Under the pieces are notes generated by a model. The model did not search any database. It saw only the letters and a list, made by a program, of their open reading frames with translations, and had not been told where the DNA came from. A stretch of 64,000 nucleotides of DNA from Eledone cirrhosa (lineage: Eukaryota): assembly GCA_964016885.1 (NCBI GenBank), contig OZ024763.1, forward strand, positions 10,602,001 through 10,666,000, written 5' to 3'. Positions 1 through 12,516 of the stretch are shown here, in pieces (positions within the stretch are counted from its first letter, which is position 1; each line of letters opens with the position of its first letter). The translations under genes were made by a program, and so were the position numbers.

Positions 1-737
1 AAGTGCCAATAAAATAACAGTGCTCCAGCATGGCCACAGTCTTGTGACTGAAGCCAGTAAAAGAATGTGGTGCCCCAGCATGGCCAGAGTCTAATGACTG
101 AAGCCAGTAAAATAACAGTGCTCCAGCATGGCCACGGTCTTAAGACTGAAGCCAGTAAAATAACAGTGCTCCAGCATGGCCTCAGTCTTATGACTGAAGC
201 CAGTAAAATAACAGTGCTCCAGCATGGCCACAGTCTTATGACTGAAGCCAGTAAAATAACAGTGCTCCAGCATGGCCTCAGTCTTATGACTGAAGCCAGT
301 AAAATAACAGTGCTCCAGCATGGCCACAGTCTAATGACTGAAGCCAGTAAAATAACAGTGCTCCAGCATGGCCTCAGTCTTATGACTGAAACCAGTAAAA
401 TAACAGTGCTCCAGCATGGCCACAGTCTTATGACTGAAGCCAGTAAAATAACAGTGCTCCAGCATGGCCACAGTCTTAAGACTGAAACCAGTAAAATAAC
501 AGTGCTCCAGCATGGCCACAGTCTTAAGACTGAAGCCAGTAAAATAACAGTGCTCCAGCATGGCCACAGTCTTAAGACTGAAACCAGTAAAATAACAGTG
601 CTCCAGCATGGCCACAGTCTTAAGACTGAAACCAGTAAAAACAGTGCTCCAGCATGGCCACAGTCTTAAGACTGAAACCAGTAAAATAACAGTGCTCCAG
701 CATGGCCACAGTCTTAAGACTGAAACCAGTAAAAACA
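1..737. repeat. 48-bp tandem repeat (~15 copies) derived from a SINE 3' tail
   Basis: Unit ACTGAAGCCAGTAAAATAACAGTGCTCCAGCATGGCCACAGTCTTATG (16-aa period in ORF 67-669). A diverged single-copy relative lies at 43309-43353. Confidence 0.9.
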
Positions 738-837
738 GTTTATAAAAGCAAGAAATATAAATCAGACCAGAATATATGACGTCATCAGTGTGGAATCCTT
801 AAACAGAGGTAAAGACAGCACTGGAGTACATTCCTAG

Positions 838-871
<34 letters not shown>

Positions 872-878
872 CACACAC

Positions 879-909
<31 letters not shown>

Positions 910-932
910 TATATATAGACACACACACACAC

Positions 933-983
<51 letters not shown>

Positions 984-1028
984 GACACACACACACACAC
1001 ACATATATATAGACACACACACACACAC

Positions 1029-1071
<43 letters not shown>

Positions 1072-1086
1072 GACACACACACACAC

Positions 1087-1119
<33 letters not shown>

Positions 1120-1128
1120 TATATATAG

Positions 1129-1191
<63 letters not shown>

Positions 1192-1222
1192 TATAGACAC
1201 ACACACACACACACACATATAT

Positions 1223-1253
<31 letters not shown>

Positions 1254-1345
1254 CACACACACACATATATACACACACACACACATATATATATATACAC
1301 ACACACACACATATATATAGACACACACACACACATATATATATA

Positions 1346-1397
<52 letters not shown>

Positions 1398-1477
1398 CAC
1401 ACACACACACATATATATGTGTATAAATACTTCCGTCTGGCTGATCTAAGAATAGTTTAGTAATATATCACTATATA

Positions 1478-1535
<58 letters not shown>

Positions 1536-1684
1536 AGAGAGAGAGGGGAGAGAGAGAGAGAATTACTCTTTTACCTGTTCCAGCCGACAAGCTAAGACCA
1601 TGCTGGAGCATTATACATATATGTTTTAATTACAGCATCACCAGACAGCCACATCTGTGCTTTTGAGTATATATATATATAAAT

Positions 1685-1716
<32 letters not shown>

Positions 1717-1756
1717 CTATATGTGAAGTTAAATGATGGTGATGATATATATATAT

Positions 1757-1822
<66 letters not shown>
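838..1822. repeat. Compound (TA)n/(CA)n/(GA)n microsatellites
   Basis: Seen directly; two short unique spacers. Confidence 0.95.
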
Positions 1823-1823
<1 letters not shown>

Positions 1824-2386
1824 GCGATAAATTAACGGAGCCATAGGCCCTCGTTATTCCCTGTCAATAATGTGCTCAAAGGGGAAGAGATCCTGAGCCC
1901 TTTAAAATACAATATGTTGAAAAGGTAACACACCAGAGAGAGATATACAGTGCGCTATCAATAAAACAGGGAAAAAAACCACCAGTGTATGGAATCTATA
2001 ACCTATGAAAGGCAGACTATAGAAACGATAATTAAAAATATAAATTAAAGCGTAAATAAATACCTCTATAACTATATAACACACGTACAAATCCAAAGAT
2101 AGAAATCCAAAGATATGTTTCGCCAGTAATTTGTTGAAAGAAATGGATTACACGCTGATGAACCAAGGTTAATCCATTTCTTTCAACAAATTACTGGTGA
2201 AACATATCTTTGGATTTGTACGTGTGTTATATGGTTATAAAGGTATTTATTTACACTTTAATTTATATTTTTAATTATCGTGTCTATAGTCTGCCTTTCA
2301 TAGGTTATAGATTCCATACACTGGTGGTTTTTTTCCCTGTTTTATTGATAGCGCACTGTATATCTCTCTCTGGTGTGTTACCTTTT

Positions 2387-2394
<8 letters not shown>
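1822..2394. mobile_element. Fold-back PLE-like non-autonomous insert in (TA)n
   Basis: Inverted arms 1912-~2149 and ~2170-2394; unpaired tail 1822-1911; flanked by (TA)n; contains a hammerhead. Confidence 0.75.
2149..2226 (+). ncRNA. Type I hammerhead ribozyme
   Basis: TACACG-CTGATGA-ACCA...TGGT-GAAA-CA(tATCtttgGATt)TG-TA-CGTGTG: full core with stems I, II and III. Confidence 0.8.
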
Positions 2395-2430
<36 letters not shown>

Positions 2431-2435
<5 letters not shown>

Positions 2436-2616
2436 GACAGGGGGGAAGAAAAAATGGCTTCACTTGTGCTTTCAACAAATTTATTTTCTTCACAAAATCC
2501 AAAAAGAATTTTTTTTCTTAAAAAAAATTATTTTATAAATTAAGTTGTTGGTTGTTGCCATTTTTTCTTCCCCCCTGTCTTAATATACCTAACTGTACCA
2601 AGGATTACACACATTT

Positions 2617-2620
<4 letters not shown>
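2431..2620 (+). mobile_element. Short fold-back insert in (TA)n
   Basis: Inverted repeat TTAAGACAGGGGGAAGAAAAAATGGC and its reverse complement (2432-2458 / 2557-2584). Tail ATATACCTAACTGTACCAAGGATT..CACATTTTCC recurs at 46484-46520. Confidence 0.6.
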
Positions 2621-2677
<57 letters not shown>

Positions 2678-2767
2678 GTTAAGCAATGGTTGTGATGATA
2701 TATATATATATAAACACACACATATATATATACATAAAGTTAAGCGATGGTTGATATATATATAAAT

Positions 2768-2798
<31 letters not shown>

Positions 2799-2983
2799 GT
2801 AATAATAAATTTGAAGACTAAAATCCAAAGAGGGCTCGATAAGTTTCAGAAGATCCCGTTAAGGGTGAAAGCAGCGATTCTTTGCTTAAACTTTAATCTG
2901 GTATTTTAATAAATATATATGTCCCAAGGCTCTGAAACCATCAACACCAAAAACACAGAGCTGGCATATCTAAGAACTGACTA

Positions 2984-3039
2984 ACTGCCTGATGAGGTCA
3001 TAGCCATTCAATGGCTATCATCGAAATATATATAGCAGT
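2984..3039 (+). ncRNA. Minimal type I hammerhead ribozyme (PLE type)
   Basis: ACTGC-CTGATGA-GGT(cATAGCCATTcAATGGCTATc)ATC-GAAA-TATATA-TA-GCAGT; palindromic minimal stem III. Confidence 0.85.
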
Positions 3040-3530
3040 AAATAAAGGATTATGAGTTCATGCAATTGACCTATGTTTCGTCACTATATATATGTATGTA
3101 TAAGTGGCTTCCTTGTTCAATCATCTTACCAGAAGCCTGACATTATTTATGTAAGCGGACGGTACTTGATTTAGGAGTCGCAGAAACCGATATAATGGAT
3201 TTACCAACCTTCCAGGGGTCCGGGTAAATTTTCAATACCCGAATTACTTGATCGTTTTTTTTGGCTATGCAAATGATTGTTTAACCATCGTCTCAGTGTG
3301 TTTAGCCTTTAACGTTTGTTATAGCTCTGGTTCATCTGAATCATTGAACACTTGCCGCACATCTCGGAGGTTGTTTTTCGTTATTTCGTGGTCCGAAATG
3401 CAAATCCCGATAATTTATGTTTATATATATATATATATATATATATGAAGTTAAGTGATGGCGATGATACCAGGTGGTGCTATTAAGTTAGACATGGCCT
3501 GGGCCAATACTGGCCGAAACCTATTAAAGT

Positions 3531-3748
3531 TATCATCATAATCATTGATTAACGTCCATCTTCCATGCTAGCATGGGTTAGACGGGTCCTATTTAGAGGC
3601 AAGTTGTGTCAGCTGACCATGTCTCACTCATATAGGAGTGTTTCTGGATGGTTTTCTACAGCTAGATGCCCTTTCTAACGCCAACCACATTGACAGTGTG
3701 GGCTGGGTGCTTTTTGCCGTGTCTTTTACATGGCCACTTTACAGTGGA
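3531..3748 (-). mobile_element. SINE/non-autonomous retroelement 3' part
   Basis: Reverse complement of GGCGTTAGAAAGGGCATCTAGCTGTAGAAA...GCATGGAAGATGGACGTTAA with (GAT)n-like tail. Relatives at 13495-13790, 48053-48228, 51075-51250 and 54005-54163. Confidence 0.7.
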
Positions 3749-3862
3749 TATATATACATTTACATATATATGTATATATATGTGTGTATATATATATTTA
3801 GATATATATATTTAGATATATGTAGAGGTTATATTTAATTTGTTGGGATACAACAAACAAAA

Positions 3863-3928
3863 TATTTTATCTGATGAAAGCGCACCATAGTTTGCTTTGG
3901 TGGCCCTTGAAATATGTATAATGAAATA
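3863..3928 (+). ncRNA. Minimal hammerhead ribozyme, family A copy 1
   Basis: TATTTTAT-CTGATGA-AAG..CACCA..TGGTG..CTT-GAAA-TATGTA-TA-ATGAAATA. Confidence 0.85.
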
Positions 3929-3976
3929 AATATGGTTTTATAAATATAGTTTTCATTTGTTAATATATTGTATATT

Positions 3977-4026
<50 letters not shown>

Positions 4027-4200
4027 GACACCCACAAGTTGTAGAGCAATGCCTGGGTGACTCAGGCTGTGTGAAAGTTGTAGCCACCGTTCCACACAAT
4101 ACCTGCATATATACTCGTTGAATGCTTCCAATCTATTGTAAAACTCATTCTTTGATCTATTCATTGAACCTTGTTTAACTTTTAAATATTGTTTAACTTT

Positions 4201-4236
<36 letters not shown>

Positions 4237-4242
<6 letters not shown>

Positions 4243-4417
4243 GATGAGATTCTACAGGACTAGAACTGTTTCATTCATTAGAAATCATCATTGATGATTT
4301 CTAATGAATGAAACAGTTCTAGTCCTGTAGAATCTCATCTATATTAAAACTGTTATACTCTGCTATGTATTGAGTACCTTACTTACTGTGGTTACCTCCG
4401 ATTCAACCCGGAATAAC

Positions 4418-4419
<2 letters not shown>
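4237..4419 (+). mobile_element. Perfect palindrome plus tail; truncated hammerhead-family insert in (TA)n
   Basis: Arms 4237-4290 / 4292-4344 with 1-nt loop, folding at TGATGA; continues GAATGAAACAGTTCTA; tail shared with 11447-11525. Confidence 0.7.
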
Positions 4420-4475
<56 letters not shown>

Positions 4476-4538
4476 ATACCACCACCACATCAAAGAATCT
4501 TGCTAAACAAATTCAGAAACGAAAAATATATATATATG

Positions 4539-4570
<32 letters not shown>

Positions 4571-4660
4571 TTGTTATACCACCACCACAATAAACGTTTT
4601 CAGACAAAGAATCTTGCTAAACAAATTCAGAAACGAAATGTATATATATATATGTATATA

Positions 4661-4753
<93 letters not shown>

Positions 4754-5039
4754 AACTTGTATGCGTGTTTGTGAGTTGTATAGACATTATGAATAGAAGA
4801 AGCAGAAGAAAAAGAAGGGGAAGAAGAAGAAGAAATGTGAGCAAGGGTGAAGGGTGGAAGACTCCCTAATTATGAATGCTTGGTAGAGTGTAGGTGTGAC
4901 TTTATGAATGACTTTCAAATGCACATGTAATTCTTCTCTCTCTATCTCTCTCTCTCATTCTATCTATCTTTCTTTTTTACACCTATTTCAGTATAGTTTA
5001 CGTAGACAACACATAATCACACACACCTCCACATACACA

Positions 5040-5076
<37 letters not shown>

Positions 5077-5219
5077 ACAGACACACTTTCTTTCTCTCAC
5101 ACACAGTGTATGTAATTCATGTAAGCAAAACATCCTTGTTGTTCTTTTATATATACAGGACCCGCCCCACCCTTGCAAGCAGGGAAAAGTGGACATAAAA
5201 TGATAATGATGATTATAAT

Positions 5220-5250
<31 letters not shown>

Positions 5251-5263
5251 CTATATATATATA

Positions 5264-5323
<60 letters not shown>

Positions 5324-5370
5324 AAGTAAAAGCGAAGTAGTTTCAGATGTTCAAGTCCTTTAATAATAAT

Positions 5371-5444
5371 GCTGTGATATATATTTCAATGACGACACTG
5401 GCCACACTGTTCTGTGGGCGAGTGTCGTGACATCATCAGACAGC
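5371..5444 (-). ncRNA. Minimal hammerhead ribozyme
   Basis: Minus strand: GCTGT-CTGATGA-..ACGACACT...AGTGTCGT..-GAAA-TATATA-TC-ACAGC; base of stem II imperfect. Confidence 0.75.
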
Positions 5445-5660
5445 TTGTTACATAATAAGGTTATGTTTCCGAGGCAATCCAAGTTGAATCGACATGGGAA
5501 CGGCTGAAGTGTGTGCTTTTGGGTTCTTCATCCGTTCCCCTGTGAGCACCGATTCACCCCCACCGGTCTGCGCAGGCGCATGTCCGAAGGAAGTTGACCA
5601 TTAGCTACTGCCGATTTCGCGAATCTCGTTGAAATCGGCGGTAGCTAATGGCGGTGAATT

Positions 5661-5850
5661 GGCGGTGAATTGGCAGTATCGGTAGAGGGTTGGATTATGC
5701 TTTCCAGCATAGTTATGTCCCTTTACGATCTGAGTTCAATTCCCGCCGAGGCTAACTTTGCCTTTCATCCTTACGGGGTCGATAAAATAAAGTACCAGTA
5801 ATGTACTGGGTAATTGCTGGCCTTGTGCCAAAAAGTAGAAACAATTATTA
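5661..5850 (+). mobile_element. tRNA-derived SINE family A (MetaSINE-like central domain)
   Basis: Box A TGGCAGTATCGGT, box B GAGTTCAATTCC, GCCTTTCATCCTTACGGGGTCGATAAAATAAAGTACCAG, (ATT)n tail; multicopy in this window. Confidence 0.85.
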
Positions 5851-6000
5851 AAGGACTTGAACATCTGAAACTACTTCACTTTTACTTATTCGATATTTAC
5901 TCCGTCACTCCTATGTGGAAAAAGTACTTTGAGTGCTTGAATTGAATTGCATCAATGTTTACCCTAAGTATATATATATATATATATATATATATAAGAA

Positions 6001-6134
6001 TAAACGTGCTGCGGGGTTGCTAATGAGTTACATATGAATAAAGTTAGTCCTTCATCAGTGATCTTCCAACCATCATGGTCTTTAAAGCGATGAAATACCA
6101 ATGATGGTTGGAAGATCACTGATGAAGGACTAAC

Positions 6135-6143
<9 letters not shown>
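6001..6143. mobile_element. Fold-back insert with CTGATGA motif
   Basis: Perfect inverted arms 6038-6077 / 6102-6140; homologous to 52165-52230 and 55230-55325. Confidence 0.6.
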
Positions 6144-6196
<53 letters not shown>

Positions 6197-6230
6197 TAAT
6201 AAATGGAAACTATATTTATAAAACCATATT

Positions 6231-6296
6231 TATTTTATTATACATATTTCAAGGACAACCAAGGCAAATTATGGTGCGCTTTCATCAGATAAAATA
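6231..6296 (-). ncRNA. Minimal hammerhead ribozyme, family A copy 2
   Basis: Reverse-complement homolog of 3863-3928 with intact core. Confidence 0.85.
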
Positions 6297-6538
6297 CAGA
6301 TTTGTTTTATAAATAAATATTGACATACCCGGAAAAAAGACAACCTTAACGGCTGGAGCTTTCCGAATTGGTGTGGGAAAGACAGTACACATGTTGTTGA
6401 AGTGTGTTTTACTCCGTCAATACATCGATATGTCCAGCTCCTGCTTGTGAGGAACTGGAATCATATGAATCCAGAAGAGGTCACAGTCAGTGATGGCTGT
6501 AACCGAAATATATATAGCAGTATGAGGGCAATGATAGG

Positions 6539-9500
6539 GTGATGAAAGGGAGATGATGGTGATGAAAGGGAGATGACAGTGATGAAAGGGAGATGACAGT
6601 GATGAAAGGGAGATGATGGTGATGAAAGGGAGATGATGGTGATGAAAGGGAGATGATGGTGATGAAAGGGAGATGACAGTGATGAAAGGGAGATGACAGT
6701 GATGAAAGGGAGATGATGGTGATGAAAGGGAGATGATGGTGATGAAAGGGAGATGATGGTGATGAAAGGGAGATGATGGTGATGAAAGGGAGATGTTGGT
6801 GATGAAAGGGAGATGACAGTGATGAAAGGGAGATGACAGTGATGAAAGGGAGATGATGGTGATGAAAGGGAGATGACAGTGATGAAAGGGAGATGACAGT
6901 GATGAAAGGGAGATGATGGTGATGAAAGGGAGATGACAGTGATGAAAGGGAGATGATGGTGATGAAAGGGAGATGACAGTGATGAAAGGGAGATGACAGT
7001 GATGAAAGGGAGATGATGGTGATGAAAGGGAGATGACAGTGATGAAAGGGAGATGACAGTGATGAAAGGGAGATGATGGTGATGAAAGGGAGATGATGGT
7101 GATGAAAGGGAGATGACAGTGATGAAAGGGAGATGACAGTGATGAAAGGGAGATGACAGTGATGAAAGGGAGATGATGGTGATGAAAGGGAGATGATGGT
7201 GATGAAAGGGAGATGATGGTGATGAAAGGGAGATGATGGTGATGAAAGGGAGATGACAGTGATGAAAGGGAGATGATGGTGATGAAAGGGAGATGACAGT
7301 GATGAAAGGGAGATGATGGTGATGAAAGGGAGATGATGGTGATGAAAGGGAGATGATGGTGATGAAAGGGAGATGATGGTGATGAAAGGGAGATGACAGT
7401 GATGAAAGGGAGATGACAGTGATGAAAGGGAGATGATGGTGATGAAAGGGAGATGACAGTGATGAAAGGGAGATGACAGTGATGAAAGGGAGATGATGGT
7501 GATGAAAGGGAGATGGCAGTGATGAAAGGGAAATGACAGTGATGAAAGGGAGATGATGGTGATGAAAGGGAGATGATGGTGATGAAAGGGAGATGATGGT
7601 GTTGAAAGGGAGATGACAGTGATGAAAGGGAGATGATGGTGATGAAAGGGAGATGATGGTGATGAAAGGGAGATGATGGTGATGAAAGGGAGATGATGGT
7701 GATGAAAGGGAGATGACAGTGATGAAAGGGAGATGACAGTGATGAAAGGGAGATGATGGTGATGAAAGGGAGATGATGGTGATGAAAGGGAGATGATGGT
7801 GATGAAAGGGAGATGATGGTGATGAAAGGGAGATGACAGTGATGAAAGGGAGATGATGGTGATGAAAGGGAGATGACAGTGATGAAAGGGAGATGACAGT
7901 GATGAAAGGGAGATGATGGTGATGAAAGGGAGATGACAGTGATGAAAGGGAGATGACAGTGATGAAAGGGAGATGATGGTGATGAAAGGGAGATGATGGT
8001 GATGAAAGGGAGATGATGGTGATGAAAGGGAGATGACAGTGATGAAAGGGAGATGATGGTGATGAAAGGGAGATGACAGTGATGAAAGGGAGATGACAGT
8101 GATGAAAGGGAGATGATGGTGATGAAAGGGAGATGACAGTGTTGAAAGGGAGATGATGGTGATGAAAGGGAGATGATGGTGATGAAAGGGAGATGATGGT
8201 GATGAAAGGGAGATGATGGTGATGAAAGGGAGATGATGGTGATGAAAGGGAGATGATGGTGATGAAAGGGAGATGACAGTGATGAAAGGGAGATGACAGT
8301 GATGAAAGCGAGATGATGGTGATGAAAGGGAGATGACAGTGATGAAAGGGAGATGACAGTGATGAAAGGGAGATGACAGTGATGAAAGGGAGATGATGGT
8401 GATGAAAGGGAGATGATGGTGATGAAAGGGAGATGATGGTGATGAAAGGGAGATGACAGTGATGAAAGGGAGATGATGGTGATGAAAGGGAGATGATGGT
8501 GATGAAAGGGAGATGATGGTGATGAAAGGGAGATGACAGTGATGAAAGGGAGATGATGGTGATGAAAGGGAGATGACAGTGATGAAAGGGAGATGACAGT
8601 GATGAAAGGGAGATGATGGTGATGAAAGGGAGATGACAGTGATGAAAGGGAGATGATGGTGATGAAAGGGAGATGATGGTGATGAAAGGGAGATGATGGT
8701 GATGAAAGGGAGATGATGGTGATGAAAGGGAGATGACAGTGATGAAAGGGAGATGATGGTGATGAAAGGGAGATGACAGTGATGAAAGGGAGATGACAGT
8801 GATGAAAGGGAGATGATGGTGATGAAAGGGAGATGACAGTGATGAAAGGGAGATGATGGTGATGAAAGGGAGATGATGGTGATGAAAGGGAGATGATGGT
8901 GATGAAAGGGAGATGATGGTGATGAAAGGGAGATGACAGTGATGAAAGGGAGATGATGGTCATGAAAGGGAGATGACAGTGATGAAAGGGAGATGATGGT
9001 GATGAAAGGGAGATGACAGTGATGAAAGGGAGATGATGGTGATGAAAGGGAGATGATGGTGATGAAAGGGAGATGATGGTGATGAAAGGGAGATGACAGT
9101 GATGAAAGGGAGATGATGGTGATGAAAGGGAGATGATGGTGATGAAAGGGAGATGTTTGTGATGAAAGGGAGATGTTGGTGATGAAAGGGAGATGACAGA
9201 GATAAAAGCGAGATGTTGGTGATGAAAGGGAGATGTTGGTGATGAAAGGGAGATGTTGGTGATGAAAGGGAGATGACAGAGATGAAAGGAAGATGTTGGT
9301 GATGAAAGGGAGATGATGGTGATGAAAGGGATATGTTGGTGATGAAAGGGAGAGATGATGGTGATGAAAGAGAGAGATGATGGTGATGAAAGGGAGATGT
9401 TGGTGATGAAAGGGAGAGATGATGGTGATGAAAGGGAGATGTTGATGATGAAAGAGAGAGATGTTGGTGATGAAAGGGAGAGATGATGGTGATGAAAGGG

Positions 9501-9793
9501 AGATGTTGGTGATGAAAGGGAGAGATGATGGTGATGAAAGGGAGATGTTGGTGATGAAAGGGAGATGTTGGTGATGAAAGGGAGATGTTGGTGATGAAAG
9601 GGAGAGATGATGGTGATGAAAGGGAGATGTTGGTGATGAAAGGGAGATGATGGTGATGAAAGGGAGATGATGGTGATGAAAGGGAGATGTTGGTGATGAA
9701 AGGGAGATGACAGAGATGAAAGGGAGATGTTGTTGATGAAAGGGAGATGACAGAGATGAAAGGGAGATGTTTGTGATGAAAGGGAGAGATGAT
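6539..9793. repeat. 20-bp purine-rich minisatellite (~160 units) with two main variants
   Basis: GTGATGAAAGGGAGATGA(TG/CA); degenerates toward the right end. Confidence 0.97.
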
Positions 9794-10069
9794 GGCAATT
9801 AAAAGCTGATAAGGATAAAAAAAATATAGTGGAAAAATGGAGAATTTTGGAAAGTAAAAGAAAAATAGCATTGTTCACATAGCAAGATGGTTGTTTGAGG
9901 AAAGTATTTCTATAAAAAAAATGGAAAAACAACTTTGAAGAGTGACGTCAAATGTGGATATATATACATAGAGAGGGGGTTGAAGAGAAGTACACATATA
10001 ATGTACATATTGGCATTATACATACATATACGTGTGTGTGTATAGATGAACTTATATATATTGGTATTG

Positions 10070-10071
10070 TG

Positions 10072-10107
<36 letters not shown>

Positions 10108-10273
10108 CTCTTTAGATTTTAGTCTTCACATTTATTATTATTACTATATATATATAATATATATATATATATATCTTTCTGTGTATGTATACATATGCTA
10201 ACATGTACTTATACATATGTATATTGGTGTATATATAATATATATATATACATATATGTATGTATTTATATAT

Positions 10274-10314
<41 letters not shown>

Positions 10315-10730
10315 TGTATGTATATATATATATATGTATGTATATATATATGTATGTATGTATATATATATATGTATGTATATATATATGTGTATGTATG
10401 TATATATGTATGTATGTATATATATATATATATGTATGTATATATATATATGTATGTATATATATATGTATGTATGTATATATATATGTATGTATGTATA
10501 TATATATATATATGTATGTATGTATATATATATATGTATTTATGTATATATATATGTATGTATATGTATGTATGTATGTATGTATATATATATGTATGTA
10601 TGTATATATATATATATGTATGTATGTATATATATATATATGTATGTATGTATGTATATATGTATATATATATATATATATATGTATGTATATATATATA
10701 TATGTATGTATATATATATGTATGTATATA
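10070..10730. repeat. (TA)n/(TATG)n microsatellite
   Basis: Seen directly. Confidence 0.95.
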
Positions 10731-10894
10731 CAGGGGCAGAGAATTAAATTCTCTACCCACACGAAATCGTTTCTCTCACTATTAACTTGTAAGTGTACTC
10801 TCTGCCTTCCTCTTTATTTAGTATCCTAGAGATGTTGGCTGGATTAAAGCATTGAGTGACAGAATGGTCGCAGATGCACCAGTTCTTCCAATGA

Positions 10895-11077
10895 CTTGTA
10901 TCGGTAGAGGGGCGGATGCTGTGCCGTGCGGCATAGAGTTACAGCCCCTTGCGGTCTGGGTTGAAGTCCAACCAAGGTTAACTTCTCCTTTTATCCTTAC
11001 GGGGGTCGATAAAATAAAGTACCAGTAATGCACTGGGGTAACTGCAGGCTTTGTGACAAAAGTAGAAACAATTATTA
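10895..11077 (+). mobile_element. SINE family A, diverged
   Basis: GTATCGGTAGAGGG...GGGGTCGATAAAATAAAGTACCAG...GTAGAAACAATTATT. Confidence 0.8.
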
Positions 11078-11081
11078 TATA

Positions 11082-11425
11082 TCATCATCATCATAATCAT
11101 CATTTTACGTCCACCTTTCCCTGCTTGCAAGAGTGGGACAGGAACTGATTCTGGCTTGATTTCTACAGCTGGATGCCCTTCTTAACACCAACCTCATTTA
11201 CAGTGAGTGCTGGGTGCTTTTTTTCCGTGGCACCTCCACGACCACTTTACAGTGGAATGATATAGACCCCAGTCCTATCATCTCATTTCTACAGCTGAGT
11301 AAACTGGAGCAATGTGAAATAAAGTGTCTTGCTCAAGGAAACAACTCATCATCCGGTCTGAGAATTGAACCCACAACCTTTCGATTGCAAGGCCAATGCT
11401 CTAACCACTAAGCCATGTACCTCCA
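11082..11425 (-). mobile_element. tRNA-derived SINE family B (CORE-like domain, AGGAAGGGCATCC motif, (GAT)n tail)
   Basis: Head TGGCTTAGTGGTTAGAGC...GGTTCAATTC; CCTTGAGCAAGACACTTTATTTCAC; five long copies in this window. Confidence 0.88.
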
Positions 11426-11446
11426 TTGATATATAAATAGATATGT

Positions 11447-11612
11447 GTATCCCAGGTTCAATCAGGGGTAAGCACAGTAAGTAAGGTACTCAATACATAA
11501 TAGAGTACATACAATGTTTAATATAGAACTGTTTCATTCAAAAGAAATCAGGGTCTTCCTGATGATCTCCTTCGAATGAAACAGTTCTAGTCCTGTAGAA
11601 ACCATTTCTGTA
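11447..11612 (-). mobile_element. Second copy of the 4237-4419 family with partial fold-back
   Basis: Tail homology (GTATTGAGTACCTTACTTACTGTG on minus); CTGATGA..GAATGAAACAGTTCTAGTCC at 11559-11593. Confidence 0.65.
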
Positions 11613-11636
11613 TTATATATAGAAATATATATATAT

Positions 11637-12039
11637 ACAATTGTTTCATTGATCAAGTGAGTCTAAAGGCCGCTAATCACTGGAAGTTGCGTCACTCGAC
11701 CTTAAATACAATGTGTGTCTCTGATCAAATCATCGGATTCCGATGTATTTAAGGCCGAGTGATACAACTTCGAGGGATTAGCGGCCTTTAGACTCACCTG
11801 ATCAATGAAACAATTGTTAATACTGTAAATAAAACCCTTTTTGTACAGCCGACCATGTTATTCTTCACTCTTTCACTACTATTACTCCAAGAATAACCTG
11901 CATGGAAATTCTCTCAAACTCGCTATCTAACTAAGGAAACCTTTTGTTGAGTCAAACAACACCATACGTTAAAACTATCCAAAGTACAGAGTACTCACAA
12001 CCTCTAACTGGATTACCTATAGCGATAACTTGTTATCCC
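11637..12039 (+). mobile_element. Fold-back PLE-like insert with degenerate hammerhead
   Basis: Inverted arms 11637-11711 / 11744-11817; GAAA-CAATTG-TTA half-core; tail ends at (TA)n. Confidence 0.6.
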
Positions 12040-12155
12040 ATATATATATATATATACATGTATATATTTGTTTGACCTGTTTAGCTTGACTTGTCCCATA
12101 TATATATATATATATATATAATATAAGATCAAAAGATGGTTAAAGGAGTTCCATG

Positions 12156-12226
12156 TATTTTATTATGCGCATTTCAAAAACAAACATCATCATGCAATAA
12201 TATTTGTGTTTTCATCAGATAAAACA
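12156..12226 (-). ncRNA. Minimal hammerhead ribozyme, family B (left arm)
   Basis: Inverted copy of 12325-12395. Confidence 0.85.
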
Positions 12227-12324
12227 GGAGAACATGATATGGAGGCTAAAAAACACTTGTGGATAGTGTTGATTTAAAACTGCACTATCCACAAGTGTTT
12301 TTTAGCCTCCATATCATGTTCTCC

Positions 12325-12395
12325 TGTTTTATCTGATGAAAACACAAATATTATTGCATGATGATGTTTGTTTTTGAAATGCGCATAATAAAATA
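12325..12395 (+). ncRNA. Minimal hammerhead ribozyme, family B (right arm)
   Basis: TGTTTTAT-CTGATGA-AAAC-ACAAATATTATT..ATGATGTTTGT-TTTT-GAAA-TGCGCA-TA-ATAAAATA. Confidence 0.87.
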
Positions 12396-12516
12396 CATGG
12401 AACTCCTTTAACCATCTTTTGATCTTATATTATGTATACTCCAGTCCTACAAACTGTAGAGTGCTTCTTATCCGATATCTGCATTGCTTTATTGTACTAC
12501 AATAAAACTCACCTCC

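Larger units (their letters stand above)
5320..5969. mobile_element. PLE-like insert with inverted 5' copy, interrupted by a SINE
   Basis: 5320-5367 is inverted at 5844-5891, followed by tail 5892-5969; flanked by (TA)n. Confidence 0.7.

Noticed and set aside
770-795. CTGATGA on minus strand at 782-788
   Set aside because: No stem II or GAAA found; at most a truncated remnant
6539-6560. 20-bp unit GTGATGAAAG as a hammerhead-core derivative
   Set aside because: Only a 6-nt resemblance; no stems
6417-9932. 1100-1170 aa His/Ser-rich ORFs
   Set aside because: Stop-free translation of a 20-bp repeat in multiple frames
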